DNA of 64,000 nucleotides from Blasia pusilla (lineage: Eukaryota): the NCBI GenBank assembly GCA_050084515.1, contig CM114271.1, positions 35,154,001 through 35,218,000 on the forward strand, in the 5' to 3' direction. Positions 27,111 through 40,749 of the stretch are shown piece by piece. Under the pieces are notes generated by a model, which saw only the letters and a list, made by a program, of their open reading frames with translations, was not told the origin of the DNA and did no database searches. The position numbers and the translations under genes are program-made. The first letter of the stretch is position 1, and every line of letters starts with the position of its first letter.

Positions 27111-30100
27111 TGGAGAAATCGGTGATAGTTAGGCCTCGGAAGAGACTAGAGTAGAATGCATCCTGATGGTTGCGATTGAAAAGCTGATTTTAGCAGATCA
27201 TGGATTGATACTCATCACTAGCGGGTCTTTTGAGCCCTATCTGACCCAAATTGCACATGACTCTCAAACAGTCCGCTGTAACCCGTAAACGAGTTACAGA
27301 CGGACTGTTTGTGGCTAGTTTCGTTGAAGCTGCGGAGGATCAGGTCACGTCCTTTCTCTCACTCGACAATACCTGCCCTTTTGGACCCTTCCTCACGCAC
27401 ACCTTCATGCCTCTCTGAGTAGCTCTTTGAAGACTCCTTAGGTTTTCAGGGCCACTCACCTCCGGAGTTCGGAGGCTCCGGGATCATGGTTAGGGCTAAT
27501 CCCCGTCAAAACAAACGGGCATCTAAATAGGTGTGCCGTTTCTGTAAAGGGCATTCTATAGGGAAGTCCGAAAGAGAGAGATTTTTGTCTTCCATTGCCT
27601 ATCCTCTTTTTATTTTTTATTTTCTATAATTTATATTAACATCAAAGTCCACACTTGTGGACTGAACTGAGAACGTTTTGCCTCCCCAAACTCCTTCCCC
27701 ATAGGAAAGAATTGAGTGGCTCTATTAGCTACCAGTTCTATGTTGTGTTACGTCGTGTTTTCCGTTGGTCACCACTAAGCACGCACTCTTACCCGATTCA
27801 CATGGGGGCGATATGCCTCCATTTAGGGTTCCATGCCATGGATATTCTACGGGGAGCTAGAACCTAGGTCCAGGTCGGGCAGTTCCTCCTCTTCAATCTC
27901 TAGCCACCCACAAAGAGGGTAGCTAGAGAGTTTAGGATGAATGGGTATTTAGGTGTATATTTTTCATTTTGAGATGTGTAGGTATTGAGAAAGTAATTTT
28001 CTTCTTTATACTTCTTTTTTTACACTTTACATAGAGAGAGGTAAAAAGACAATTCTGTATTAGGTAGAATTCTCTCCCATGGATTAATGAATGTATGAAC
28101 TGTCCCATGGATTAAAATAGTTTATGTCCTTTCCGAACCAATCACTCCCCCATGTAAGTATTAATGCTCTCTTCACATGGGACAATACTTCTTCTCACCC
28201 GTCGGGTTATTCCAGGTCGTATTCCACGCTTTTTAAGTATACATCGTGTTGCCCTCGTTACTTCCCACTGTGTTAGTCTTTGTTTTCATTTCTTTCCACC
28301 GTATTAGTCTTCTCGAACCCTCTTAAAAAACCCAAACCTCACTCTCACATCTACCATTCATGAAACTCACTAAATGTAAGTTTAGTGAGTTTATGCTCAA
28401 ATGCATAGGTTTAGAGGTCCATCACCAAAGAAATCAGAAATACCATATGCATGTGATGGTGGTACTAACATCCAAGAATCTGTTGGTATGGACACTTTTA
28501 TTGATTTGAATAAAGAAGACTTTATCCAGATTCCATATTGAATCGCATCTGTCATTTATTAATATTATATCCGATGAGGGCAAGAAAGTTGTGGATCAGG
28601 TGAGTGATCCACCTGTTCATCCATCAATAGATACATTACTATATGAACCGATAGATGTATCTTAAGCCCACAAATCAAATATAAGTTTAAATGAAGCTCC
28701 ACCTACTAAATAAAGTCCAAGAAGCAAAGTATGTTCTCAACTAGGTATTGAGAGAAAATCAAACAAAAAAATAAAAGTCGAAAGATACCATTGACAATAT
28801 TACATAATCAATAAATACCTTTATTCAATTTTTGAAGGAGACAAGTGAGAAGAAAGCTCAATAAGAAGATTAAATATCGGAGTAATACCAATTTCGCCAA
28901 TTTTGGTGAATTAAAACATTGTTGGGTTTCCTAAACCCTTTATGATTCGGATTTCCTTGAAGTTGTGCTTCAAGATAAAATTAGGACTTAAGTTTATTTT
29001 ATCTGGATCACAATCTTGGAAATAACATGTCCACTCATCTTTTTTTGTGTGCAATTGAGTCTCTTATTCCACTGAGGATCAATTTAGGAAGATAAAGTTT
29101 TCTTGATGTTTATTTTAGTGTTTTTCTCAATATCTCTAGCGTGTGATGGCTTAAGATTGATTAACTTATACTCAACTTCGGAAATTGGGCCAAGTTTATT
29201 TCTGAAGACGTTATTGTAGTCAAACATTCAAATATTGTCTCAAATGTACTTGCTTTAACTGAACGAAAAAAAGTTTCATTCTTGATTTGTAAGAAAAATA
29301 TTGTCATTGCAAGCTGGGCAGCCGTCCCTTGGAAAATTGTAGATCATGAAATCCTTGCGAGCATGGGGGTCACTAATTAGACCTTTTGCGATGAACATAT
29401 AGACGTATGATAGTCAGAGTATGGAATTATATGATGTCGTCGTGACATGCCGTGCTTGGTCACTTATATGTGGGAAAGTAAAGAACAAGTTTTCCTTCAC
29501 TTCAACGACATTCAAATGCAAACTGAAGATTATGCTTTTAGGTTCAGAATTTGCGAAAATAGAACTTAAGTTCTGATTATGTCTAATACCTTTTTCCTCC
29601 AATCGTGGTGTCCTAAGGCCTTGATCTCTCTAAGGAGTAATATTGTGTGGTTAGTTATCAGAACTAAAGTGCTCATATGGGTGAAGTCCTTGTGATCGTG
29701 AGAACGCAAACTTTTTAGATTCTGAAACTAAATTATTCTACAACCTATATTCAATGGTAGAGGTACAATCTTGAATGAGCCTCCATGGATAGATTAGAGA
29801 AAGGAAAAACTTTGCAAAGGTTCATTAGTTGGGTCGAGAATAAAGAATAGAAACATAAACTGTTTAAGCAGGGAATAAGTACAAGTACAATCCGTTTGTT
29901 GGGAGGCCATTTGTTTGGTGGGTCTCTTTCTTCAATGTGGTTGTAGGAAGTAGGAACAAGTAATCAAAACTTACGTCCCAAATCTTTCTCTCTCCTAAGA
30001 AACCACTTCAATAACAAGTGGAACATGTGTGCAGAAGGACTTGTTCCGCTATGGATCAGCTCCATTCCGTGGAAGGATCTCTTCCCGTTACGACACAACT

Positions 30101-31759
30101 CATAACGATGGAACCAGATTTTAGGAGCGAGTTGAAAGGCATTCGAAACTCTAGTTCCAAATGAGCTCCCATCCACCCCCTATCCTCCAAGTATTTGGAA
30201 CGTCCTCTTGGCTGTAGCCTTATAGTTGTCCACAAAAGAAGCTGGTTAAATTGTGGAGGTAATCCTACCACTAGAATTGGATCTCAAGAACCAATTCAAG
30301 GGCATTTGGAACTATAGTTCCAATGGGATGTTATATTCCAACGATAGAACGCTTTGTGCCATCACAACTGGACCTCAAGATCCAATTCAAAAGCATTGAA
30401 GAATTAGTATGGTTCCCCGCGCGGCTGTTAGGGACATAATCAAAACTTAGGTTCCGATTCTCCTATTTTTTCCAATAAATGTTAGAGGTCCCTTCCAGTG
30501 CTAAGTCACGTGAACTTCACAACTAAACTTATGGTTGTACTAAACGCTAATCGCGAGAGTTAACTTCCATTCCCCCAAGATAACCGACTAGCTTAATATG
30601 TAGTATAGAGGTGGCACCATTCACAATTCAAGTACTAGAATCTTTGAGATAATACATTTGTCACCTTTGGAATCCATCGCATATTCATTACGAGATGTAA
30701 AATATTTTAATTGAATATCTTAGATTTGGAACTCAAGTACCAAATGAGTATGACAACATATCCATTAATAAATGTACTCGAAAAACACATTCAAGAAAAT
30801 GCTTCATACTCGTATGCTTTCATCCTCTACAATATATTGAAATTTCCGTTCTATTTACAAATGAATGTACCCATCATTTTACAATATAATTGCAACTACA
30901 TGCTATCCTATGTGACTTCTCTTCTTGCTCAATCGCAAGAGGATCTCATCCATATTGAAGATTGAGTTACAGTCAAACTCATGAGACACTTGAACTACTA
31001 TATTTGGTACTCATACGAAGTAGGGAAGCTTAATCTTGGTTATTCAGTTAAGCGCGATTATCTTAACTAGGATTAGTTAATCACAGTTAATCTAACTCGA
31101 GACTAAGGTTAGGGTTAGGGTTGCTCTCATATACCCTATATAATTGAGAAAGGGACCAGCCTCCACTCATTCTCTCATTGCAAATTTTGTTCTCCATGGT
31201 GGTGTGTGTGTGTGAGAGCCATTTTCCAGCAATTATGCTTGTTTAGTAGTTTTCCACATGGTATCAGAGCGTTAGGAGAACATCATTTGAAATTCTTGAT
31301 GTTTGAGGAGAGAAGAGAGGCAAGAGAAGGCAAAATTTCAGTTTGGGAGAAGGCAGTTTTATTCAGAGCTCAGTGGGTGCAAATTTCAGGTGGAGCTTTG
31401 ACGGTGACAAAACTTTGGAGGCATTTTTTAAGGCTTTCCGGGTCGATTTAGTGGTCTAGGTCTGTAACGGCTAGAAGAATGCCAAATTCTTGCTCTAGCC
31501 GTCTTATAGAGCTCGTCAAGAGCTTTCCAATGCATCCAAAATTGCTCAATTTTGACATTCTGAGTTCTTGCAGTAGCAATTTCAGTGTAGAAAAGTGCAA
31601 TTAGTGAAGAAAAGTTATGCAGTTTGCTCTGTACAAACCAATTTCGACTAGTTCTTTCATGTAGTTGATCAATTTTGGAAAATTTCAGGTCGATATGTGT
31701 GTAGGAGTGATCTATGCTTGAATTGGAGCAATAGAAAGCCTGAAATTACATTTTTGTGA

Positions 31760-34700
31760 GTGAAATCGTTTGTCATGGAGTATTCCTCAACAACAATCAC
31801 AAGCGAGAAGCTCGATAAGCAGAATTACAATGTCTGGAAGTTTCGCATGAAAAAATTTCTCATGGATCAAGAACTATGGGAGCTTGTCACAGATGATGAG
31901 GCCAAGCTAGAAGGTGACTCAACAGACTTGAATGTTCGCGCTTGGAATAAACGCGCAAGGCAAGTAATCCACTACATTTCAATAACGATCAGTTCGCCAA
32001 TGATAGGTCACATTCAAGATATTGATATTCCGAAGAAGGACTGGGATGCATTGGAAAGGCTGTTCTAGACATCTACAAAGACCAGAAAGCTTCAATTGAA
32101 ACAACAATTGAATGAAGTGAGGAAAGAATGGTAGAGCATCAATGATTATATTTTGAGTATCAGACATATTATTGATCAGTTGAATAGCATTGGAGTGATA
32201 GTAGAAGATGATGATCTGATTTTATTCACTCTTCAAGGCCTTCCAAAGCTTTACAAGTCCTTTGAGACCTCCATCTCTATGAGAGAGAAGTATCCAACCT
32301 TTCAAGAGTTAGTTCCTCTATTAATCAGTGAAGAGATGTGCCTAGTAGGCAGCGGTAGCTCGTCTAGTCTGCAAGAGAGTGCGCTATTTGTAGGTTATGG
32401 ATCAAACAGAGGCAGGGGTTATGGCAGAAACTTCCGTGATCGTGGTGGATATCAAACATATGGAGGAAGAGGAACTCAATATAACGTCACACAATCAACT
32501 ACACACCAGTACCACACACAATCACAAGGTGATGATGGTGGAAACCGTTGGGGTTGAAGTCAGCAACAGAGGGTCCCTGAATCTTGCAATTATTATGGAA
32601 TAAAGGGTCACTATGAAAAGTTTTGCTTCAAAAAGAAGGCAGATATGAGAATAGGAGCCTTACAGCAACAAAACTATGTGGAGCAACAAAACCAAGAGCA
32701 GTACCAAGAACAACCACATTCATAAACGGAGCATCTCTTGGTCATGACTCATCATATGGGAGCAATGGTCAAGAAAGACTTGATAGCACATTGGTACATT
32801 GATTCTGGTGCATCAAATCACATGACCTCACAAGCTAAATGATTTAGTAGTTTGGAGCTGGTGAAAGATCCTATAATTGTGCTCACAGAAGATGACACTC
32901 AACATCATATCATGCATACCGGTAAAGTTCCAATTGCATTAGATGGTCTTTATGCTCTTGGAAATGTTCTCTATGTTCCTACCATTGCAAAAAACCTAAT
33001 CTCTGTAGGACAGATAGTAGAACACGGTTATCAAGTAAGAGTTTAACGTAGATGGTTGTTTCATTGAAACAATGGATGACCAGACTACGATAGCCAAAAG
33101 AACTAGATCTGGCAGAATGTTCAAATTAGATGTTTCTATGCCAGAGATTCAAACAACAATGTATGGTCAAACCGGCCAACAAGTTACAGATCTAAATGTG
33201 TGGCATAAAAGAATTGGACATATGAATCTTCAAAGATTATAGAGTCTTTCATCATCTAATATAGTAAAAGGACTCCCTAAATTAGCGAGTCTTGCTACGT
33301 TAGAGGTATGTCCTGCTTGCCAATTTGGAAAACAAGCTAGATTTCCTTTTCCAAAGCAAGGTAGAAGAGCATCCAGGATATTAGAGTTGATCCACAATGA
33401 TATATGGATAACATCACAACATAGCCTTAGTGGTTTCCAGTACTTTGTTTCATTTATTGATGACTTCTCTACGTATATATGGGTATACTTTCTGAAAGCC
33501 AAGTAGGAGGTATTCTCAGTGTTCCAAACATTCAGAGTTCCAGTAGAGAAGTAGACTGGAGAACACATTCTGAAATTGCGTTGTGATGGAGGAGGAGAGT
33601 ATCTTTCAACAGAGTTTGATGACTATTTACGTCAGAATGGCATCCAACGTCACGTGACTTGCCGTTACACTCCACAACAAAATGGAGTGGTTGAGAGGAA
33701 GAATCGACAAATTGCTGAAGCGGCACGAGTTATGCTGAATAAGAAGAACATGTCTAAGGTCTATTGGGCAGAGGCCGTAGCATATGTAGTCTTCTTAATC
33801 AACGAAACTCCAACAACAGGAGTTCATGATAAAACTCCATTCGAAGTCTTCATAGGAAGTAAACCTGATTTTTCCTTCTTGAAAGTATTTGGTTGTATTT
33901 GTTATGCTCATGTTCCTTCTGAGAGACGTCAGAAATTAGACCCTAAATCTGAAAGATGTATCTTCATTGGCTATGCTGATGGAACTAACGGATAAAAGTG
34001 CTACATTCCATCCTCTAGGCAGCTTATTACTAGTCAAGATGTTGTCTTTGATGAGCTAAAGTCATGGTATGCTCCATTTGAGCCTATTCCACCTCTAAAC
34101 TTGTCTGTTGAGGGGGAGAATATGATTGTAAACCAACAGACATTGTCTTCAACTTCCCCAAGTACTAGTGCAGGATTAGGAGAGGTCCTAGATTCATCAA
34201 TTAAATATGTGAGTTCATGGATGGGAAGAGTACGTATTCAGTCTGTTGACACTAGTCAGAGCTCGAGTCAGATGTCAGAGGCATCTACCTCTGAACAACA
34301 ACTTTGTAGATCAAGTAGAGTTACACATCCAGTTCATAGATTCATAAATGAAGGTTTCCTTGCGACACATCATGCATATATGATGACTACCCTTCAAGAA
34401 CATGAGCCAAGTTGTTTGGAAGAAGCTGCAAGTAAAGTGGAATGGATTGAAGCTATGGAGGAAGAGCTTGCTGCATTAAGACATCAACAGACATGGAAGC
34501 TGGTTGATATACCTTCCGGTAAGGAAGCTATTGGTTGCAAATGGGTTTACAAAATCAAGTGCAATCAAGATGATATAATTAACAAATACAAAGCGAGATT
34601 GGTGGCTAAGGGTTATGCACAACAATATGGTATTGATTATGAGGAAAAATTTAGCCATGTTGCAAAGATGGTGACTACGAGAACAGTGGTTGTAATTGCA

Positions 34701-35937
34701 GTAAGTACAAGTGGAGATTACATCACATAGACGTGAAGAATGCCTTCTTGAATGGAGATCTATACGAGGAAGTATATATGACTCAATCACATGGATACGA
34801 GCATCCCAAGTTTCCATTTCGCGTATGCAAATTGAAGAAAGCTCTATACGGGCTCAAACAAGCTCCAAGAGCTTAGTATGGCAAGATTACACATGTCCTA
34901 CAAGATTTAGATTTTAGGGTATGTAATTTTGACTCCTCGTTATATATCTTGAGAGGACAAGATCATACGGTTCTCATTGTGTTGTATGTTGATAATCTCT
35001 TGATTATTGGGAGTACTGAAGAAATGGTATAACAAGTCAAGCTTAAGTTACAAGCAGAATTTGATATGAAGGACTTGGGAGAACTCAAGTACTTCCTTGG
35101 TATTAAGTTTATCAAGGTTGGAGAGAGCATGTGGTTACTACAACAATAAAATGCTCTTCATATACTTTCAAAATATGGTATGATGGCTTGTAAGCCAATC
35201 TCTACACCGTTGGACTAGAGCGTGAAGCTAAGAGTGGATGAAGGAGAGCTGCTTGCAGATTCTAATATATATAGGCGTATGGTTGGAAGTTTAATCTATC
35301 TAACTATAACTAGACCAAATTTGAGCTATGTTGTTGGCCTAGTGAGCCAATTTATGCAAGCACCTTGAAAACCTCACCTTCATGCTGTGAGGAGGATTAT
35401 GCGGTATGTGAAATTCTCTATTCAATTCGGGCTTCAATTTGAACCTTTTCCGAGTTTTCAATTACAGGGATTCACAGATGTTGATTGGGCAGGAAGCGTG
35501 TCTGATCGACACTCCACATTTGGTTATTCATTTACTTTGGGAAGCGCAGCTTCCATGACGACGTGGAGGTTGTGGAGTTCTTGCGCACTGGTGTCATTGC
35601 GAGTACAGTGAGTGCTAGGGAGCGGGATCGGATCCTACAAAGAGCCAAGAGGTTCAGGTGGAAGGGGACTCACATTTTGCGGGTATAGGGAGATGGTAGG
35701 ATACGAGTTGCTAATAACCCTGTGTTTCATGCTCGTACAAAGCATGTTGAGGTGCATTATCATTTTATCAGAGAAAAAGTACTTGCAGGAGAAATAGATC
35801 TTGTGTACATAGGTACACATCAGAAAATTGGTGACATCTTTACAAAGGGATTATCAAGAGATAAGTTTGAGATGTTTAGAAATGATTTGGGCGTTAGAGA
35901 TATCGATATGAGCTTGAGGGGAAGTATTGAAGATTGA
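31760..35937 (+). pseudogene. Copia gag-pol of copy 2, disrupted
   Basis: WYIDSGASNHMT protease, RCDGGGEY integrase, [28 protein letters not shown] and HARTKHVE RNase H; several stops. Confidence 0.94.
35552..35707 (+). mobile_element. Gypsy pol fragment replacing part of the Copia RNase H
   Basis: Translates HDDVEVVEFLRTGVIASTVSARERDRILQRAKRFRWKGTHILRV*GDGRIRV, matching HDDALVLEFLRT...KERDRVLQRAKRYRLEGTHILHMWEDGRVRV at 48616-49074. It is absent from Copia copy 1. Confidence 0.9.
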
Positions 35938-36449
35938 GTTACAGTCAAGCTCATGAGACACCTGAACTGTTACATTTGGTACTCACACGAAGTAGGGAAG
36001 CTTAATCTTGGTTAGTCAGTTAAGCACGATTATCTTAACTAGGATTAGTTAATCATAGTTAGTCTAACTTGAGACTAAGGTTAGAGTTAGGGTTACTTGT
36101 ACATACCCTATATAATTGAGAAGGGGACTAGCCTCCACTCGTTCTCTCATTACAAATTTCGTTATCCATGGTGGTGGTGTGTGTGTGAGAGCCATTTTCC
36201 ACCAATTATGCTTGTTTAGCAATTTTCCACAATCCGTGGCAATGCTCGTAACCTTCTCTGGCTCAACCTGACAGACATACTCATGGAATGCTTTGATATA
36301 CTCAATCCAACTAAATCTTCCCTCTCTTGAAGTTAGAAAAACTCGAGTGAAATCCATTTAGAGATACCTTGCACATAACATAGATACCTATTGGGCTATC
36401 ATAGGTTGAAGGCGTTGCTCCAATTGAGCAATCCTTGCCATAATTGGCT

Positions 36450-37465
36450 CTAATCCAAGTCCTCCACTCGATTTGGCAGGTGGTGGGGCCCTACTTCCAC
36501 CATGTCCTCAACCTCCTACATCTCGTCCCCTGCCACCTTGAGGTTCTTGACCTCCATCTAGGCGCAACTCGGAATGGAGCTTGAAACATCTCTCACATGT
36601 GTGATATTATCTTTGGCAATAATCACACTAAGGTAAAGGTTGCCTCCCTAGCCTTGGGCCACCTCATATATAGCTAAAGGTGCTACTTGCACTCCACTAT
36701 GATGTCAAAAATCTCACTAACGATGTGATCCTCCACACATCCAACAAGAAATACATGAGCCTTGCTACCTAGCGTAAGACTATATTCGTCGTGGTCGTGG
36801 CTCCCGATATTCTCCTGTAGCCCTCGCTCCCATGACTTGTTCTCGAGTAGTGCATTGTGGCAATGATGGAGACATCGTCACTCATGTCATCTCCCTCGCA
36901 GATGACATGCTTGTCGTCAACACTATCTCCTCAAGTATATTGAGCTCAATATGCTCCGCCTACAAAAATACATACTTGAGAGTATATGAAAAAACATGTA
37001 AGAGAGTTGCATACCCCACTCTAGCCCGCACTCTCTTCCATAACTCACAGTCTAGCATCGCATACAAGAACTAAATTTCCTCTGCCTCTATCACACCCTA
37101 GGTCGATGTGATCAACTGTCGGAGCCGTGCATAGGCTTCTTGTAGACTCTTACCCCCTCTCTATTGAAACTCATGAATTGACCTTAGCTTGCCAGTCCTC
37201 ACCCCTTGATAGTTCCTCCCTAACTCTTGGAAGAACTCAACCAACAGGTTGAACGCAGGTGGTACTCGGCTGTTCGAAAGACTACTCCAAGTGTCTCCTC
37301 CCTACGAGTAGTGGGTGCTACAATGCTACTATAGTTGCCACATCATACATTGCATGCCTTGTGAGGTACACATACCCTGGAGACCAAAATAGTCTCCATG
37401 CCTTGATCTTTGCCTCATGGAGAATCTTGCTTGAGAACCGTCGAGGTCCCCTCATGGACCCATAA
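36450..37465 (-). pseudogene. Gypsy gag relic, related to the gag at 60300-61680
   Basis: 37100-37265 is visibly homologous to 60905-61070 (AAGAACTCAACCA..G.GTTGAAC; LQEAYARLRQLI vs LREAYTRLRRLI). Boundaries are approximate. Confidence 0.7.
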
Positions 37466-37629
37466 GTATCGTGACAAGGATTTTTTTCAAGTTAGATAAG
37501 ACATCGAGGTTCAAGGAATCCAACCCCATTTATGGCTCCAAGCCCATCCCAATAGAGCATCGGTAAAGTATAAGCCCAAGGTAGATTATTTACTTTCGCT
37601 TGAAGAGATTATAATTTTCAATCATAGAG

Positions 37630-39070
37630 TAGAAACACTAAAAGTCCCAAGTGGTTATGTTGGGGCCTTACAGAAACAGCTTCTCCGAAAAAATTTGGGT
37701 GCTCTCAAGTCACATGATTTACATGTATTCATGCAACAACTCTTGCCATATAGCTTGCGTGGTCTAATGAAAAGTTCAATGAGGAAGACCATTATACGTA
37801 TGTATAGGATATTCAGACATCTTTGTGTCAAGACATATGATCGTAGAGATTTTCAATCCCTATCACATGAAGTTTCCAATACCCTTTGCCTCATAGAAAT
37901 CCACTTTCCCCTTGCCTTCTTTGATGTCATGACCTTCCTGATAGTCCACCTTGTCGAAGAGCTAGACATATGTGGTCCAGTTTCTTGCCGATGGATGTAT
38001 CCTATAGAGAGGTATTTGGGTGTGCTAAAGAATTACGTGAGATCTCGGGCCCGACCTGAAGCTTGACAATATGTGGCTGAAGGATACATACTCAATGAGG
38101 CACTTGGTTTCATCATGGAATACATGCAAGACTTCGACGTTATAAAAACAAGAGTTTGGGATGCAAGCGAGGAGGAAGGTGTTAATGGTGAAGTGTTGGA
38201 AGGTGTGGGCATCAAACAACAATTTTCTATGGAACTCATGGAAGTGGCACACACATATGTTCTTCAAAATAGTGAATGTCTGATACCTTGGATGGAGTGA
38301 GTATCCTTTTCAAATTCGTTCATGAATTGTTTTGCCGAATGTTCAAGGAAGCACAAATGGGTGACTTTAGGTTTTTAGAGTGGATATGTGTAAAGATTAG
38401 AGAGTGTATTTCCTTAGGTGAAGATATCGCTGAAATGGTTGTACGTCAAAGTGTCAGTCCCCCCTTCTCGATGGCACACTTCATGCAAAAAAATGAGAGC
38501 TTATGGTAACCACTACAGAGTAGAAGATGGTAGTTTCTACATTTGACTCAGGGATAACATTGTCTTTTTACAAGAACTTGACGATGATCAACCATGAGTC
38601 CAATTGTATCCTTATGTGGGCATATTTTCAGACATTTTGGTGTTGGACTATGGGGGTTTAGATCAACCAGTAGTATTGATGAGAGGAAAGTGGGTCGAGT
38701 CAAGATGGGGTAGAAGAGAACCTACCATGCTCTATAAGGAGAATGGATTTTTGATTGCAAACTTTCGAAAGTGTATTACATTGAACATCGATCCCTTTGT
38801 ATTCCCTAGTCAAGTAGAACAAGTGTTCTATGCAGATGTTGAAGAGAAATTTGGATGGAAAGTTGTGATGCAAAAGTATGCTAGATCAAGGAGGGTTGTG
38901 GGAGGAGGATTAGACCTTTCAACAAATGACCATATGGAACCCACAAAGTTTAATGCCCATACCACCCTAAACATTGAACTTCCTGATACAACATTAGTTG
39001 GAGCCATTCAATTGTCAGAGGTTGAAGTAGCTATAGCCAACATAGATTATGTCATCGATAATGGAGAAGA
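37630..39070 (+). pseudogene. CACTA/EnSpm TnpD-type transposase, C-terminal part (DUF4218 + DUF4216-like), disrupted
   Basis: LKSHDLHVFMQQLLP, FFDVMTFLIVHLVEELDICGPVSCRWMYPIERYLGVLKNYVRSRARPEA, MAEGY..EALGF, DPFVFPSQVEQVFY. No terminal CACTA TIR was identified. Confidence 0.9.
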
Positions 39071-40749
39071 TACCAAATCACGCCTTAGACCAATATCTTA
39101 CCTCAGAGGAAGAAAAATGAGCAAAATATTGGCTAAGTTTTCTTTTTTAGCTTTGATTGTTCTAAGGCAAAGTTTGCTCCATATTTGGTTATTTGAACAA
39201 TGGTACATGGTTAACACTTTTTCCATGGATCTTTATGAGTATTTTCTATTACCAAGGAATTTTTTGTTGTAACTTTACTATTTTTAATCCAATTATTAGT
39301 AATCTGTAGAGATCCCTTCGGAACTAATAAGTTTGGTCTGTGATGTGTATTGCTTATTGGACTTAGGCGGGTGGCCATCATATGTCAGGGGTGCTTACAT
39401 CTTCCTTGTCAAGGGAACCCAAGGTAAGTATTCAAGTTGCTATGGTTGCCATTGGAACTGACAAAGAGCCCTTTGGTACTCATGGTGTTTTTTATTTTTC
39501 CTCTTCAGATCTCCCTACACGCCAACTAAAGATTATTGGTAGTGATGTGGGAATAAAGCAGGGACTTGTTTGAGGAGGAAAGAAACCATATACTAGAGAG
39601 TCCAAATAGTAGATACCATCGACTATGCGAGAAGCGTCTTGCATATGTGAGAGAGGAAACAAAGAAACTCGGCTTACAATTTCGGTTAAAATTATACATG
39701 CGCCTCACTATTCTTTGACTTTGAATTAAGGTTTTCGATTTACTATTGTACATAATTTTCTTTGTTGGCCTCCATATCCTTTTATATTTCTTAGAGATAT
39801 GTGCACTATGTTGGTAGTTAATGTTTTTTCATTCTGATGCTTTTGGAGGGAATTGACAAATTGGAAGAGAATAAGCAAGGATTTGGTACGAAGACCAAAA
39901 GGATTAGCGAAGGAGCGTGCTCTTACACTCCAAAAGTGTACAATACTAGAAGTATGAGTAGGAGAGCTATAATGTGAGAGGACTCATCTAAGGAGGATGA
40001 GAAGCCATATATTGTGGAAGCAAATCAGATGTAGAGTATGACGGTACTCCTGATCAATCCAGCCTTGATGACTATGATCAAGTTAGAGTTGCCAAAGGGA
40101 AATCACCCTTGAAAACAAGTAAAAGCCATAATATACATATGATTATCTTCAAAGTGTTTCCATGCTATATAGTAAGTTTTTCTTCTTTCTTGCTAATGTG
40201 TCTGTATTTTCAACCTTTGACCTAACCTTGATTCTTTTATGATGTCACAAAAAGGGCCCAAGTCCTTCCAAAAAAAACATAAGGACAATGCAAAGGGTAT
40301 GCAACCTTCTCAATTTCTTGGAATGATACAATGGTCAATAATTGGGATGTATACAAGTTTCCAAATTCCACCTCAATGGAAACCAAACATGTGAGGTATG
40401 TACTTTGCTACTCATTCAATTAACAAATTCCCTTTGTAGAAGACCAATAAGGATACACATGCTCTATATCTCATGTTTGTAGCATAATATTTACAATTGC
40501 ATCAATTTTTTTTGTATAGGTTCACTTCATCCAACATAGGGCCAACATGCAGATTTCTTTGATGCTCCTTTCTATGCACCAAATACAACCCCTCAACCAA
40601 CTCCTTCTGATCCTCGTGTACCATGCCACTTGATAAGGTTCCATCCTAATTATAACCACTTCCACAATGTGCCATGGTTGTTATTGAATATTGATTTTTT
40701 ATAATATAGTTTTGCATAGGAAGTACATTCATTTACTATCAATCATATC

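Larger units (their letters stand above)
30953..36231 (+). mobile_element. Full-length, decayed Ty1/Copia LTR retrotransposon (copy 2, same family as 1403-6688)
   Basis: LTRs 30953-31258 and 35925-36231; PBS 31259-31270; PPT GAGGGGAAG; TSD ATCCA/ATCCG (one mismatch); internal region colinear with copy 1. Confidence 0.96.

Noticed and set aside
28300-30950. Specific transposase call for the AT-rich degraded region
   Set aside because: Probably old TE debris, but no motif clear enough to name a family.
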